Positions 1 through 12,147 of a stretch of DNA of 37,813 nt are shown in pieces. Source of the DNA: Octopus bimaculoides (taxonomy: Eukaryota). Below the pieces are notes generated by a model that saw nothing but the letters and a program-made list of their open reading frames with translations, was not told where the DNA came from and searched no databases. Where the stretch lies: the NCBI RefSeq assembly GCF_001194135.2, contig NC_068988.1, positions 39,984,715 through 40,022,527 of the forward strand, in the 5' to 3' direction. Position 1 is the first letter of the stretch. The number at the start of each line of letters is the position of its first letter. Made by a program: the position numbers and the translations under genes.

Positions 1-504
1 TATATATATATATATATATATATATCGAGTGTTATTTGTAAACTCGTGAATAAATTGATCCTGTAAGTACTTCTTCCTCAAGAGCACTGAATTGTAGAGG
101 TAACCATCATGTTCCGGTGATCTAACGACTTAAGTAACTTGAAATGCATTCATTTGAAAATATGGAATTGTGTGGTATAGTGCTGAACATTCACATTAAT
201 GCAAACGTGTAGGCATAATGCTTTCGTACTGAAATTAATACTGCTTCAAGAACGCTACGAAACTCCTGTAACCATACAGAAGTCATTGGGATAAATAAAT
301 CTTCATCTCTTATCTTTGCCTCTTTGGTTCCTTTACTTCTTACTGAAAATCAGGGACTTTCTGGATTGTCTGTTACATTAACACTTTATACTATACAACA
401 TTGTAATAATTTATTAGTACACAGACGAGTAGCTTACGCAGAAAACTGCATGATTCTCTGATTGCATGTGTTATACCACTCTTATACATTCATATCTATA
501 TCCA

Positions 505-558
<54 letters not shown>

Positions 559-628
559 CATAAATACATATATTTGTGTGTGTGTGTGGGTGTATATACA
601 TACAGCGATTATATGTATGATTATATAC

Positions 629-667
<39 letters not shown>

Positions 668-668
668 A
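505..668. repeat. Compound microsatellite (TATC)n, (TA)n, (TG)n
   Basis: Directly visible. Confidence 0.95.
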
Positions 669-2724
669 TTTATATGTATGTATGCATATGAAATGTTTAC
701 TGAAAGTTTTATTCTGTGGGAACAGGATAATTCGCCAAACTTATATAACACGCTTTGAGTCACCAAGCAATCCTTTAGAATCAGGTTTCAAGTTAGTCCT
801 ATTTTAATAACTGGACGCTTGTTTATGATAAAACATGAGAAAAAATGAGAAGAGAGTTGTTACTCAAAGTGGAACGAGAAAACATAGGATAAATAAAACT
901 GGCAAAAGAAAGAAAATGAATGGAGCTACACAAGAGTCATGATCTCTTTCTCTCTAGAATTCATGTTCAACCTAGCTGATGTATAGTAATTTGAACGGGG
1001 ACTAGATGAAAGCCTTCTAGACATTTGCTCAATCAGGAGAAATTTGTGTTCTCCAGTTCGACAAATAGAATTTGCCCATGTGCTTGCACTTGGTAAAAAT
1101 TTTGGATAAGCAAATAAGTAGTGTGGTGGAATTCTAGGATATGAAAAGGACGTGCGATCTTTCAGTTACGAATAGCTTCTCTCTCTTTTATCCATTTACA
1201 TATAGCGTAGATTCCTTTAACATTATTAGGGGAAATAAATCTTCCTTTTAGATGGCAAATTCATTAATACTTTGGATGTTTCTGATCTGCTCAAAAGCTC
1301 CATAATTTCGTATAGAGCACTAAAATTAAACTGCAAGTCAATACAAAGGTTATGCTACATTCCACTAGGTTTCAGGATTATTACGTAGTGGACAATATAT
1401 TTACTTCACACCCTGTTCGTCAAAACTCTATTCACCCCATCAAATCTCTATTCGATAACATCCCTTTAGTTTTTAGCAGAAATTCTTGTATAAAATTGCA
1501 TAGATTTGCTTTTTTAGTGACGTGTGGTGGGGAACCCCTCACACTAAAACTTTACTATAAAACGTTATTCGTTTTTATTACCCTGAAACTTTATTGGTGT
1601 TGTACGAATCAAAATTAATCGATTACTTTCAAATTTACTCATTATTTATTGATTATACTCTAAAACTACGTATGGTAAAAAAATATCTGGGCAACTATTA
1701 AGCTTAAGAACGTAGAAAGCATAGTATAGTTGTTAGACTGCAAACAGTAATTTAAAAGCTGTCATTTTCTATTGTATAATCTTCTAAATGTAACATAATA
1801 TGCTTTTAAAATTTGAAATAGCTAAAGGCGACGAGATTACTATTATTTGGTTAGGTTTCTTAATTCTGTGGTTGAATCCGATTGTAATCAACTTTCAGCA
1901 TTCCATGTTCAATGAAAACTAACGAAGTCTAGGGGCAATATGGTGGACTATACTATATTTTAGATTTTTGTGACCTTGTGTCTCTGCTAAAGAGTCAATA
2001 TTTAAAGCAACCTAAATAAACACGATCTCGGCACACGAGACAGAAACGCAGCTCCGATTATTGACTAAATTCGTGTATCTTTTATATATCACTAATGCTT
2101 CATACACCAATGGGGGGAACCTCAATGCAGACACACGATCAACACTATATAACAGTTAAATATCACTTAGATCATATACTCCACATTCAAAAATAATATC
2201 CAATGCACGTGAAAGGACAGAATGGACATAGTTCTGTTCTATCTGCGAAAACCTGAAGAGACCAATATCATCATCTAGAATATATGTAACCTTGCCGCGT
2301 CAAAAGAAAGCATGAAATAATAAGTTACTTGTAACACGTCGTTGATCAGGCTCTAAATATTAGAGTTCCGGCTTATACGCGCAGCTAGAAGACACTTCAA
2401 CGCACCACAATCGCTTCCTCTGAAATATGGTTATTACCTGTAGTAAAAAAAATAGTGAAACATCTAAAGTAACATGCTTTAAACACAGTAGTGTAAAACT
2501 AATTATTTTTGCTGTTCAACTTTATTTTAACCTTAATCAAAAGAACCTATGAACAAAAGTGTTCCAGCTATAAACATCCAGGCTTTGCTGGAGACTACAT
2601 TGACTAGGACAGTAGGTTCCTATTTAAACAGATGACATGATTTCACGGAGATTTTGCTGTCATTTTTAACAGGTCGAGCGAGCCCGTACTAACTCGTTAG
2701 TTTAAAGCAGAGGCTATACATCGC

Positions 2725-3990
2725 AATCAGTTACTACAACAATCACCAGGACTACGAATACCGCATATACATCAATATAATTCCATATCCAACACAATCA
2801 CCCCCGAGGTTATCGCTGCCACAGACATCATAACCAATACTAAAACTGTCCGATTGATAAAACAATCGCCATTAGTCATAGCTACTATGATCACCAATAC
2901 CATCGGTTCGACTGCATCTACTTCTGACCCCAACCACCATCACTGTTTCAACAACCGCTGTCACTACTAGAAATGCAACAATCTCCATTACCAATATTAT
3001 CAAAGTTCTATAATAACTACTACAACTACCACAGCCATAGTTGAACCAATATGGGGTAATATGTGGTCATTCGTCTTCGTAGAAAATACCAGTCAGTCTC
3101 CTTCAAAGCGAATCCGGTCGCTTAGAAAAGAACATATTTGATAAAGTCTGTTTGTGTTCCATGAACAGAGTAAAAGTACAGGTATTAGTTTGAATGCCGT
3201 TTATTGCAGGTCTGATCAATAGGTACTACTAGTAATGTTATCGTTAATACCGTCACCATCAATGATGCAGCAATTATGGTCATTATACGCTCCTTATCAC
3301 CCCTATAATAACAACAATATTGCAACAATCATTACAAGTAAAACAACTACCACCACCACCATCACTAGAAATGACACTAATCCAAGCATCAAGATGAATG
3401 CGAAGATCATCATAATTAAAAAGAGTAATTACAAAGAAAACCACCACTTCGATCCCCACTACTACAAATGAGAACAACAATACAAAATTGTGCTTATGGG
3501 AATTTTAATGTAGTCCATTCGTGTACTGGGAAATGCAGAAATGCAGCTACAACCTTCAATAAAACAGTTCCAAACGCCTCATATTGTATCATGGTGTCCT
3601 GCGTACTCAATTTTGGAAAAAATAGTACGGTGTTGGTTGGAATGGCTATTGATCATAAGTTTGTCTGTTGTATCAGGGATGAACTGCACCTGTCATGATT
3701 CAGGTTGATGCTTGCAGCCACTGCCACTAGTCCCATCACCCATACCAACCCTGTTAATATTAAGACATAAACATAGTCTTTGCCGTCGCTTCAATCGACA
3801 TAGTAACGACTATTCAATCACCACTACCCACTACCACAACTGTCATTTTATAACCAGCAAAACTAAAAGTATGCTGATCATCATCATAACGAAATTCCTA
3901 TTGCAACTACCACCACTACCACTATGATTATCTTTGTTACTAACAACGCCCCCCACCTTCAGTATCCTTATCTTCATTTCTCTTTTCCTG
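2725..3990 (+). repeat. Cryptic, decayed (ACN)n/(AYC)n triplet low-complexity tract in three blocks
   Basis: Runs of ACC/ACT/ACA/ATC triplets at ~2725-3045, ~3225-3468 and ~3715-3990, with stops in all frames. Confidence 0.7.
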
Positions 3991-4889
3991 GCGCTGACGC
4001 AGACCACCATTAATCTCCACAAAATCTAGTGATTATTCTGCGTTTCTTAGTCTTGTAAACACAATAACTTCATCGATCTTTTATGAAGTTACATTGATAT
4101 TTCAAGTTGTACTATGTTGTTATTTAATGATGTTTTATGGCAGCTGCTATCTAAATATTTATGAGATGTGTACGAGGAAACCTACATCTTATATTTGATA
4201 CGTCTGTTTACATTCGTTTGTTTTTCTAAAAAGTAAACATCATTTTCAGTATTACCGATATACTTTGTTATCTATTCAAGCTGACTTTACAAATATTTGA
4301 ATCATAAGAAAGAAATGATTAAAAAATTAAATGAATAATCAATGAGTAAGCAATGAAAGAAATAGATTTAGGTTATTTTCCTCAATGATACATGCCATAT
4401 ATAAATATACATACTGATATGCAATACAAGTGATATAAGCAGTCAATATTATGAATATATTCACACACACATGCATGTATATTTATAGGCTCAGATGTGC
4501 ATACAAATATTAAGAAGCGTGTAAAATTTACTGTTATCTTGCAGCATAAAATGCTCAAAGAATCATTCGCTTTATGTCCATATCTCTATTTCATTCGTAC
4601 ATATAGCCACAAACATTCAAAAACACACATACGCACATCGACATCTGTCCTTGTTAATCCGATTAGTATTTTCATATTTTCTTATTGTATCACTTCAACT
4701 TTATTGCAGGCAGTTACAAAATTTTATAATAATCTTATTATAAATCAGAGCATAAAACTAATTTCACTTCTCGTATGCTAAAGCACGGACTCTCATATTA
4801 TTACACCTGCGTATCATAAAAATATGCATATATATCCAGTCGTATACAATGCCTGCAATACATGATTTGCTTCAAGTAACGGATAAGTA

Positions 4890-5000
<111 letters not shown>

Positions 5001-6024
5001 GGAGTGTATCTGTATGCGCGTGTGTTTTTTACGAAAGCAATGTTTAAGAATCAAACGAATTGAATTGCAATGTGTACTTCCATTCTCACTATGTCCTGAT
5101 TTCAAGTCTGGCTATTGTTAGTCGTGCGTTCTATAGATATATGCGGAAACATCATATGAAGTAAACGTGATATACTCGCCCGGCATCAAAATGGTAACGT
5201 ATAATTAATATTGATAGGGAACTTGACTACTGAATGCCTACAAGTATTCAGTTACGCTGACTTAGGTTCCAAGTTCAATTACCACCTAGGTTGAATTTGG
5301 CTGTCATTCTTCAGAGACCTGTACAATGAATAACTTGACCATTATCTAAACTACAGGGGAAAAGGCTAGCCACTGAATTTGATTAAAAAGAGACGATGAG
5401 CGATGGCTAGAAGTATATAGAGCTTTATTTTATAACCAGTTGATATAACAAACGGAGCCTGATTCAGTGAGTCATCGACGCCGTCGAGAGATAGGCTTCG
5501 AAACGGTGCGCATTCTCTCCTGATGATCCCATACACTTGCTGGCTTCCGGTATGCCGAGCTTTCGACTGGTAGCAGTTACATGTGCAATTTGTTTGCAAA
5601 ACATCAATTATATCAATAAACGCATTTTGATGATATATGACTTTTATTCCATAGTTAGAATACTTCATTATTTATATCATGAAACCGAACATTTCGACCC
5701 ATCTGTACCCTTTCTTGACATTGGTGCTTGTTGATTGTCCCCTTCCTTTCTTTTAACTTTCGTTGTGTTCGTTATTGTTGGTTAATACCTGATCGAACAT
5801 ATTTATAATCAATAGCGTGCTATTTACGACCATATTGAAATTTTAAATATGTAGAATTATCTTGTTTAACGCATCCTAAAGTTTAAACGGAGTAGAGTGC
5901 GAATCGACAAAAATTTGGCGGCTATTGCTAAGAAACTTACTGACCACTTCTCAGTAAAGCGAAATTCTTCACCACACAAACTGCACTGTTATTATGAGAA
6001 ATCGATATTACTTAAAGAAATACT

Positions 6025-6242
6025 GCAGTGAGCTGGCAGAATCGTTAACACGCACAGAAAAATGCTTAGGGGCATTTCATCCGTCCATAGGTTCTGAGTT
6101 CAAATTCCTCCGAGTTCGAGCTTGCCTTTCAACATTTTGAGGTTCATATAATAAGCATCAGTTGAGTACTGGTGGGCGATGTAATCGACTAATGCCATCA
6201 CCCGAAATTATTGGCTTTGTGCTAAAATTTGAAACCGATATT
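6025..6242 (+). mobile_element. tRNA-derived SINE, family A, tail type 2
   Basis: GAGCTGGCAGAATCGTTAAC...GAGTTCAAATTCC...AAAATTTGAAACCGATATT aligns with the other family A copies. Confidence 0.85.
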
Positions 6243-6873
6243 GCTGAAAAAAGTTACTATAGTAATACTTCTGAAGACAATAAAATATGTAACTTTAATT
6301 TACTGGAGTAGATTCATTATACTGTTTTCTTACACACTTGTGCTTTTCTACCAAATTATGGGACAATATTTTTTTTCTGTAGTAAATGCCATCTTATCAA
6401 AATGAACTCAGAAATGTAGACAAATATAGAGCCTGACTGTGTGTGGAATCATTTCATTTTATACCGGCATTATGAAGGAGATAACACAAATTGTTTGTGT
6501 CAGATCTCAAACATGCGAGAGAGTGTATATGTAAGACACTGAAATTATATTAATATATAAACTGTAAATATGTTTAATGCTTAACATCTTTGATACGTGA
6601 CCACAAATTTATAAGGAGAGTTGGTGATTAATGTGATTAAAGTGGTTAAAGTACATCAGTGGTACTTGAATCATACTACACTGGATACATGAAAGCAGAG
6701 AGAATATGAGCGTGATTTTAATTCAGAATGCTAAGAGAGATGACTAGAATATGGACTCTCAAATCATTTAATCTGAAGCTTTTCTTGTGAACTCATAATT
6801 ATTTCTGATACATAGTTATTACCTCCAAGACTGGCCTGTTCGTGTGAAACTGCAAAAATTATTGATAAAGCAA

Positions 6874-7010
6874 AGGATTGGCAGAATTTTAGTGTCGGGC
6901 AAAATGTGTTGCGGTATTTCTTCCAGCTGTTGACGCTCTATGCTTTGTATATTTTCAGGATCAATAAAATAATTCTCAATCAATTGCTGGGGTGGATCGT
7001 ATTGACAGAC
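6874..7010 (+). mobile_element. Diverged, internally deleted SINE family A fragment
   Basis: TGGCAGAATTTTAGTGTCGGGCAAAATGTGTTGCGGTATTTC resembles the family A head, and CTGGGGTGGATCG resembles the body. Confidence 0.5.
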
Positions 7011-8289
7011 TCAATCCGCACAATCTTCGGTCTTATAGAAAATATTGAAACAGCATAAGTGATAAAAATGGATCGAGAGCATGCGAGAGATAGACAGAGA
7101 TAGACACACACACGCCCCCCACCCACAGCACTATTGTTTGAATGTATTTGCATGTTCGTTAAGACGCTCATTAGTATCACTCGGAAATATTTATCCTATA
7201 TAAATATTTAATATAAAGATATAAAGGACAATAATTTTAGGGGGGTTCACATAGGATATTTGTATACTGATTTCCACTATAGGCACAAACTCTCACATAT
7301 ATTGACTGGGTATCGTCGATTAAGTCACCATCAGTAGTATGTTTCATCGATTCAGAAAGAAGAGAGTTTCACGTTTATATAGGTGAACAACGATTTTGCC
7401 ATGGTAATTGCTTTTCCTGTATTATCAGTTGGATGCAAACACAAATCGAAACTAGCGCATACATTAGTTTCACCGTGAACGTATCAATTATTGGAGCTCT
7501 CGTCCAACATTTTCATCGAGTTTTTAACGTGGTATTTATAGAAAAGTATTACAATGGACTTGATTCAACTCTGGTAACTTTTCAAATTAGGACCCAAAGT
7601 GGCTCAACCCAAACACCGTCTGGTGTTTATTATGTTTTCTATTTATTACGTTTTCTATTTCACCACTTTGGAAAGTTAAATCATTGATTTGTTGAATTCA
7701 CTATTATATTTGTTGCCGACAATAACACTGTAAAGGAATGAATACTGGGAACTGAATCGAATCTAGATTCATCAAATACTTACAGATAATTCATCTGCCC
7801 TTGAAAAGGAAAGGTTACTTTGACTGAAGCTAGAGATGAAACATGATTCGAATTTAGTAGAAAAGTAAAATTCGTTAGAGTGAATCTAGTTTAGTTTAGT
7901 GAATTTAGTACTGTACTTTCTGTTGTGCCATACACTTTGATATAACAGAAAACGTCAAAATATTGTGGTGATGATGATACGTACATATAATAGAATATAT
8001 TTCTTTTATTATGCATCTGTCCTTCAGCTCAGCCCCGAATTCTTATTTTGTTGTAATTATGTTGCTTCTTAGAAGATTGATAAATAAACTGAAATGGTTC
8101 CAAACACAAATTGTCTACATTTTTAGTTCATTTTGAAGAGATGACATTTACTACAGAAATAAAATATTGTCATATAATTTGATAGAAAACCACAAATATG
8201 TAAAGAAAATCATTTGAAAAAATGTGTCCAGTACATTGAAGTTACACATTATCGTAAACAGGAATATTAGCAAAATAATTTCATTCAGA

Positions 8290-8505
8290 AATATTGCTTT
8301 TGAATTTTGGCTCTAAGTTAACAATTTCTGTTAGTGGGATTAGTCGATTGCATTGACCCCAGTGCTCAACTGGTATTTATTTTATCGACCAAGAAATAAT
8401 GAAAGGCAAACTCAACATCGACAGCATTTGCTCTCAGTAGATAAAGTCGGGAAGATGCCTCTAAGCAATTTTTCGACGCGGTAACGATTCTGCCAGTTCG
8501 CCGCC
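8290..8505 (-). mobile_element. SINE family A, tail type 2 (first of three in tandem)
   Basis: Reverse complement begins GGCGGCGAACTGGCAGAATCGTTAC and ends ...AATATT. Aligns with the other copies. Confidence 0.8.
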
Positions 8506-8519
8506 ATATTTCTTTTAGA

Positions 8520-8735
8520 AATATTGGTTTCAAATTTTGGGACAAAGTCAATAATTTCGGGGAAAGGGTTAAAGCAATCACATCGATCTCAGTATTCAAC
8601 TGGTGCTTATTTTATCGACCCCGAAAAGAGGAAAGGCAAGTCTATCATGTCGGAATTTGAACACAGAATGTGAAGACGGACGAAATGCCGCTAAGTATTT
8701 CTCCCGGCGTCCTAAAGATTCTACAGTTCACCGCC
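8520..8735 (-). mobile_element. SINE family A, tail type 2 (second of three)
   Basis: Reverse-complement head GGCGGTGAACTG, B-box-like GTTCAAATTCC, tail AAAATTTGAAACCAATATT. Confidence 0.85.
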
Positions 8736-8755
8736 TAATTGTTTTTAGTAATATT

Positions 8756-8986
8756 TTTTTTCTTTTTTGGCCACAAGAGGCTAAACATAGAGGGAATAAG
8801 CAAGGACAACCAAAGCGATTAAGTCGACTATATCGACCCCAGTGCGTAAGTGGTACTTATTTAATCGACTCCGACATGATGGAAGCAAAGTCTACCTCGG
8901 CGGAATTTGAACTCAGAGCGTAGCAGCAGACGAAATACCGCTAAGCAGTTCGCCCGGCGTGCTAACGAGTCTGCCAGCTCGCTGTC
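8756..8986 (-). mobile_element. SINE family A, tail type 1 (third of three)
   Basis: Reverse-complement head GACAGCGAGCTGGCAGA, B-box-like GAGTTCAAATTCCGCCGAGG. Tail aligns with 28275-28356. Confidence 0.88.
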
Positions 8987-9691
8987 TTTGTTTTTAGTCA
9001 TATTAATATCTTATAAGAATGATGTGGTTTGTGTGGTGAACAATTTCATTTCGCAACTAATTAGTTCTGGATTCGATTTTGCTGCGTTGTAGCTTCGGCA
9101 AGTAATTTCAACCATAGTTTCAAGTAAATATATTTCTTGCTGATTCTGTTAGATGACAGCTATGTGAAGTCACATATATATATTAATTCTCCATCTATAC
9201 AATGCATTTTAATTACTTAGCCATATCTTTTCTAACTTACATAGTTTATAATTCCATTGATAACTTTAATTAAACTCTAAATTCATAATTTCTGCTTTAA
9301 CTTTTAGGGCAAAGCTACTCCTTTACATTCCCCTACTTTTTCTTTTCTCTTTGCATCTCTTTTTCCTTGCCTACACACTCTAGGATCTCAAAGTAGGTCC
9401 GCTAGCTGGGAGGCGTTTTATGCTACCCTACCCCTGACCACACTACTCTCTCCTACAAACATCATAAATATCCTCGTTATTTGATTCATAGGCAATTGTC
9501 AAGTTTCACGGTATTTTTTTTTCACGCTCAGACGTCGATAGTCAAAGTTGTCTGCTGGTCAAAATGTTTCCCCCATCAGACGTCTTTCGGTAACTATGGA
9601 AGCCATTGTCCTAACCGTCCATGAACATAGTCAAGATAAACCGATTTGCTATATAATGCCCAACCTAATTTATGTATGTTGTTTAGCGCCC

Positions 9692-9724
9692 TCTTCTTCT
9701 TCTTCTTCTTCTTCTTCTTCTTCT
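9692..9724. repeat. (TTC)n microsatellite just upstream of the PLE 5' truncation
   Basis: Directly visible. Confidence 0.95.
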
Positions 9725-9739
9725 TGATTCTCCCACTAC

Positions 9740-11060
9740 ATCGTCCCTACTCTATATCCTCATCCCCTATCCACATTTTTATTTCTTGTTCCCTCACGCT
9801 ATATGCCAAAAATCAAGGTCTGAATGACGCACGTGACAGCACACCTTTGATGCAAGAGCCTCACCCAGAGCCTCCACCCTTCTCTCTCTAACACTACTCG
9901 TCCTCTTCCTCAACTGCTTTACGTTCGCAGTGGAGATTTACGGGGGGTTTCTGGCGTCGCTATGGTGACGAGAATGGGCCCCAATTTCGCCTACCTATTT
10001 GTTCCTTACATTCAGGCCCAAGTATTCTCCGGACAAACTCCAGAGCTATACGGCCGCTACATAGACGACTGTATAGGCGCATCCTCCCTCTTCCAGGAAC
10101 AACTCTCCTGTTTCATCTCTTTCCTTTCTAACTGTCACCTTTCTCTCCAATTTACCTCTACAATCTCTGATACCTCAGTAAACTTCTTAGATGTCTCTCT
10201 CACCATTGAACTCCCCTCCCACTCTCTCACAAACTCCGCTTTCTTCAAACCCACAGACTCCCACCTCTACCTCAACTTTCCTCCTCCCATCCCTCCCACA
10301 CCAAACGCGCCATCCCCTACTCCCAGTTCTACCACCTTTGATGCTTGTGCAGCCGGGACCAGGGTTTCGAGTCTCGGTCCGAGTACCTGGCGCACCTGTT
10401 CATGCGACGGAGATAACCATCCACCCTTGTCCAAATTGCCCTTGCCCGCTCTCATCTAATCAATCGCTTCACTCTCCACTCTCCTTCCCCACACCGATCT
10501 CCAACCGCATCCATTTCCCCTTACCCCTTCGTCGGAGGATCTTACGGGTCTTCCGTCAACTCCAGCTAGATACCACCACTCGCGCTGTTTATCCAACCCA
10601 CCCTTGCGCTCCTATAAACGCGCCCGTAACCTACGCGATCTGCTGATACATAGCACTTCCACTCTCCTTCCCAACTCAACCCGGATCCTTCCCTTTCTCT
10701 AGATCCTGTTGCTACACCCATTCCTTCATCGCTAATGCCACCTCCCTCACTGGATCCAACAAACACGCCCTCTACATTAGGAAGACCTTCTCCTGCACTT
10801 CTTCCAGCCTTAGCAACTGCATCAGATGTGATCTCTGCAACAAACTCTATGTTGGTCAGACGGGCTACCGGCTGGCTGTCCGGTTCACCGACCAGCTACG
10901 TCGCCCGGCATCTTCGCTTGGCCAACCACTCCACCTCAAATATTACCGTCTTCGGCCTTGCCCTCCACCATGGATCCACTGTCTCTATACTCCACCTGGA
11001 ACAGCGTTATATTTCCACTCTACAAACACAAACTCCTTTGGGAATCGACGCAAATCCATC
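9740..11060 (+). mobile_element. Penelope-like retroelement (PLE), 5'-truncated and decayed: reverse transcriptase followed by GIY-YIG endonuclease
   Basis: Manual translation across frameshifts gives ordered PLE motifs: STLLSLTLLVLFLNCFTF (~9880-9926), SGVAMVTRMGPNFAYLFV (9950-), GRYIDD (YIDD at 10058), FLDV (10184), KPTDSHLYL (10247), SSHPSHTKRAIPYSQF, YKRARNLRDLLIHS, then FSCTSS..CIRCDLCNKLYVGQTG.RL..RF (GIY-YIG, LYVGQTG at 10845) and VARH..NHS...LEQRYISTLQTQTPLGI. Contains several stops and frameshifts. Confidence 0.93.
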
Positions 11061-11329
11061 CTCTCAAAGAATGTGTCTACACCCACCCGAAAATATAACT
11101 CTTATATTCACTCACTTTTTTATAACTTTATTTGTTTATTATCGATTTTTATCGTTTTTCTTTGTATTTGTTTATGTTGATCCTTTTATTTTATCTATTT
11201 ATTCTTTCCATTTACGTTTCCTGGTACTTTATCATTGCATTTATCTCTAATTTTTATCTTTTTATTTTGTATTTTGTATCATTTCTGTATTTTTCTCTAT
11301 AATTTTTAAATATTTTATTATTTAATTTT

Positions 11330-11710
11330 TATATGCACACACGCGAACACACACACGCACACATACATACATAAACGTACATACACGCACACATACATAA
11401 ATGCACTTACGTCTCCCACAGATACCGTACACAACAAAGAACACAAATATACAGGCACACACGCGCATGCACACAGAAGAACGTACATGCACACACACAC
11501 ACGCCCCCCACCACAACACACACATAGATGCACATACATACACGTCCACACTCACTCACACCCATACACACAAATCCCCACACGCACACACGAACACGCA
11601 AACACACACACACACACACACAAACACTTAGAGAAATAGCGACAGAGAGAAAGAAACAGAGACAGAGAGAGACAGAGTGACACAGGTAGAGGGACACACA
11701 CACGCACCCA
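11330..11710. repeat. Degenerate (CA)n/(GA)n compound microsatellite
   Basis: Directly visible. Confidence 0.9.
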
Positions 11711-11752
11711 TGCACATGTCTTCCTTTTCATTTGGATTCTCCTCTGACTCCA

Positions 11753-11787
11753 GTTTCTGAAGACAAGCTTTGCGCGAAACGTAAAAC
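11753..11787 (+). ncRNA. Minimal type I hammerhead ribozyme motif (degenerate stem II), probably in the PLE 3' terminal repeat
   Basis: GTTT-CTGAAGA-C-AAGC-TTT-GCGC-GAAAC-GTA-AAAC. CUGANGA core at 11757-11763, GAAAC at 11776-11780, GUA triplet at 11781-11783, stem I GTTT/AAAC. Same strand as, and ~700 nt downstream of, the PLE ORF. Confidence 0.65.
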
Positions 11788-11906
11788 ATCTTTCTTTCCT
11801 TCCCTGAGCATCTTATTAACACTTTGCGTGCATGACGTACTGGCGTTGCCGTTTTTTTTCTCCGTTTGTTTGATTAATTAGACACACATACACACACACA
11901 CACACA

Positions 11907-12147
11907 NNNNNNNNNNNNNNNNNNNNNNNNNNNNNNNNNNNNNNNNNNNNNNNNNNNNNNNNNNNNNNNNNNNNNNNNNNNNNNNNNNNNNNNNNNNNNN
12001 NNNNNNNNNNNNNNNNNNNNNNNNNNNNNNNNNNNNNNNNNNNNNNNNNNNNNNNNNNNNNNNNNNNNNNNNNNNNNNNNNNNNNNNNNNNNNNNNNNNN
12101 NNNNNNNNNNNNNNNNNNNNNNNNNNNNNNNNNNNNNNNNNNNNNNN
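11907..12147. other. Assembly gap (other gaps: 14405-14772, 19337-19346, 20719-20728, 22768-22859, 26961-27138, 29440-29737)
   Basis: N runs, nearly all flanked by microsatellites. Confidence 0.99.

Noticed and set aside
466-807. ORFs such as YLSI, CV, TH, polyR/L/F and X-rich translations throughout the ORF track
   Set aside because: They are translations of microsatellites or N-gaps, not genes.
2209-2437. Two small minus-strand candidate exons (2437-2406, 2252-2209)
   Set aside because: The second donor is weak and the peptide is unrecognised; indistinguishable from chance.
3469-3715. Possible RTE-like RT fragment on minus
   Set aside because: Motif spacing does not fit and similarity is too weak.
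5496-5530. GAAAC followed by CTGATGA as a type II hammerhead
   Set aside because: Stems I, II and III cannot be paired.
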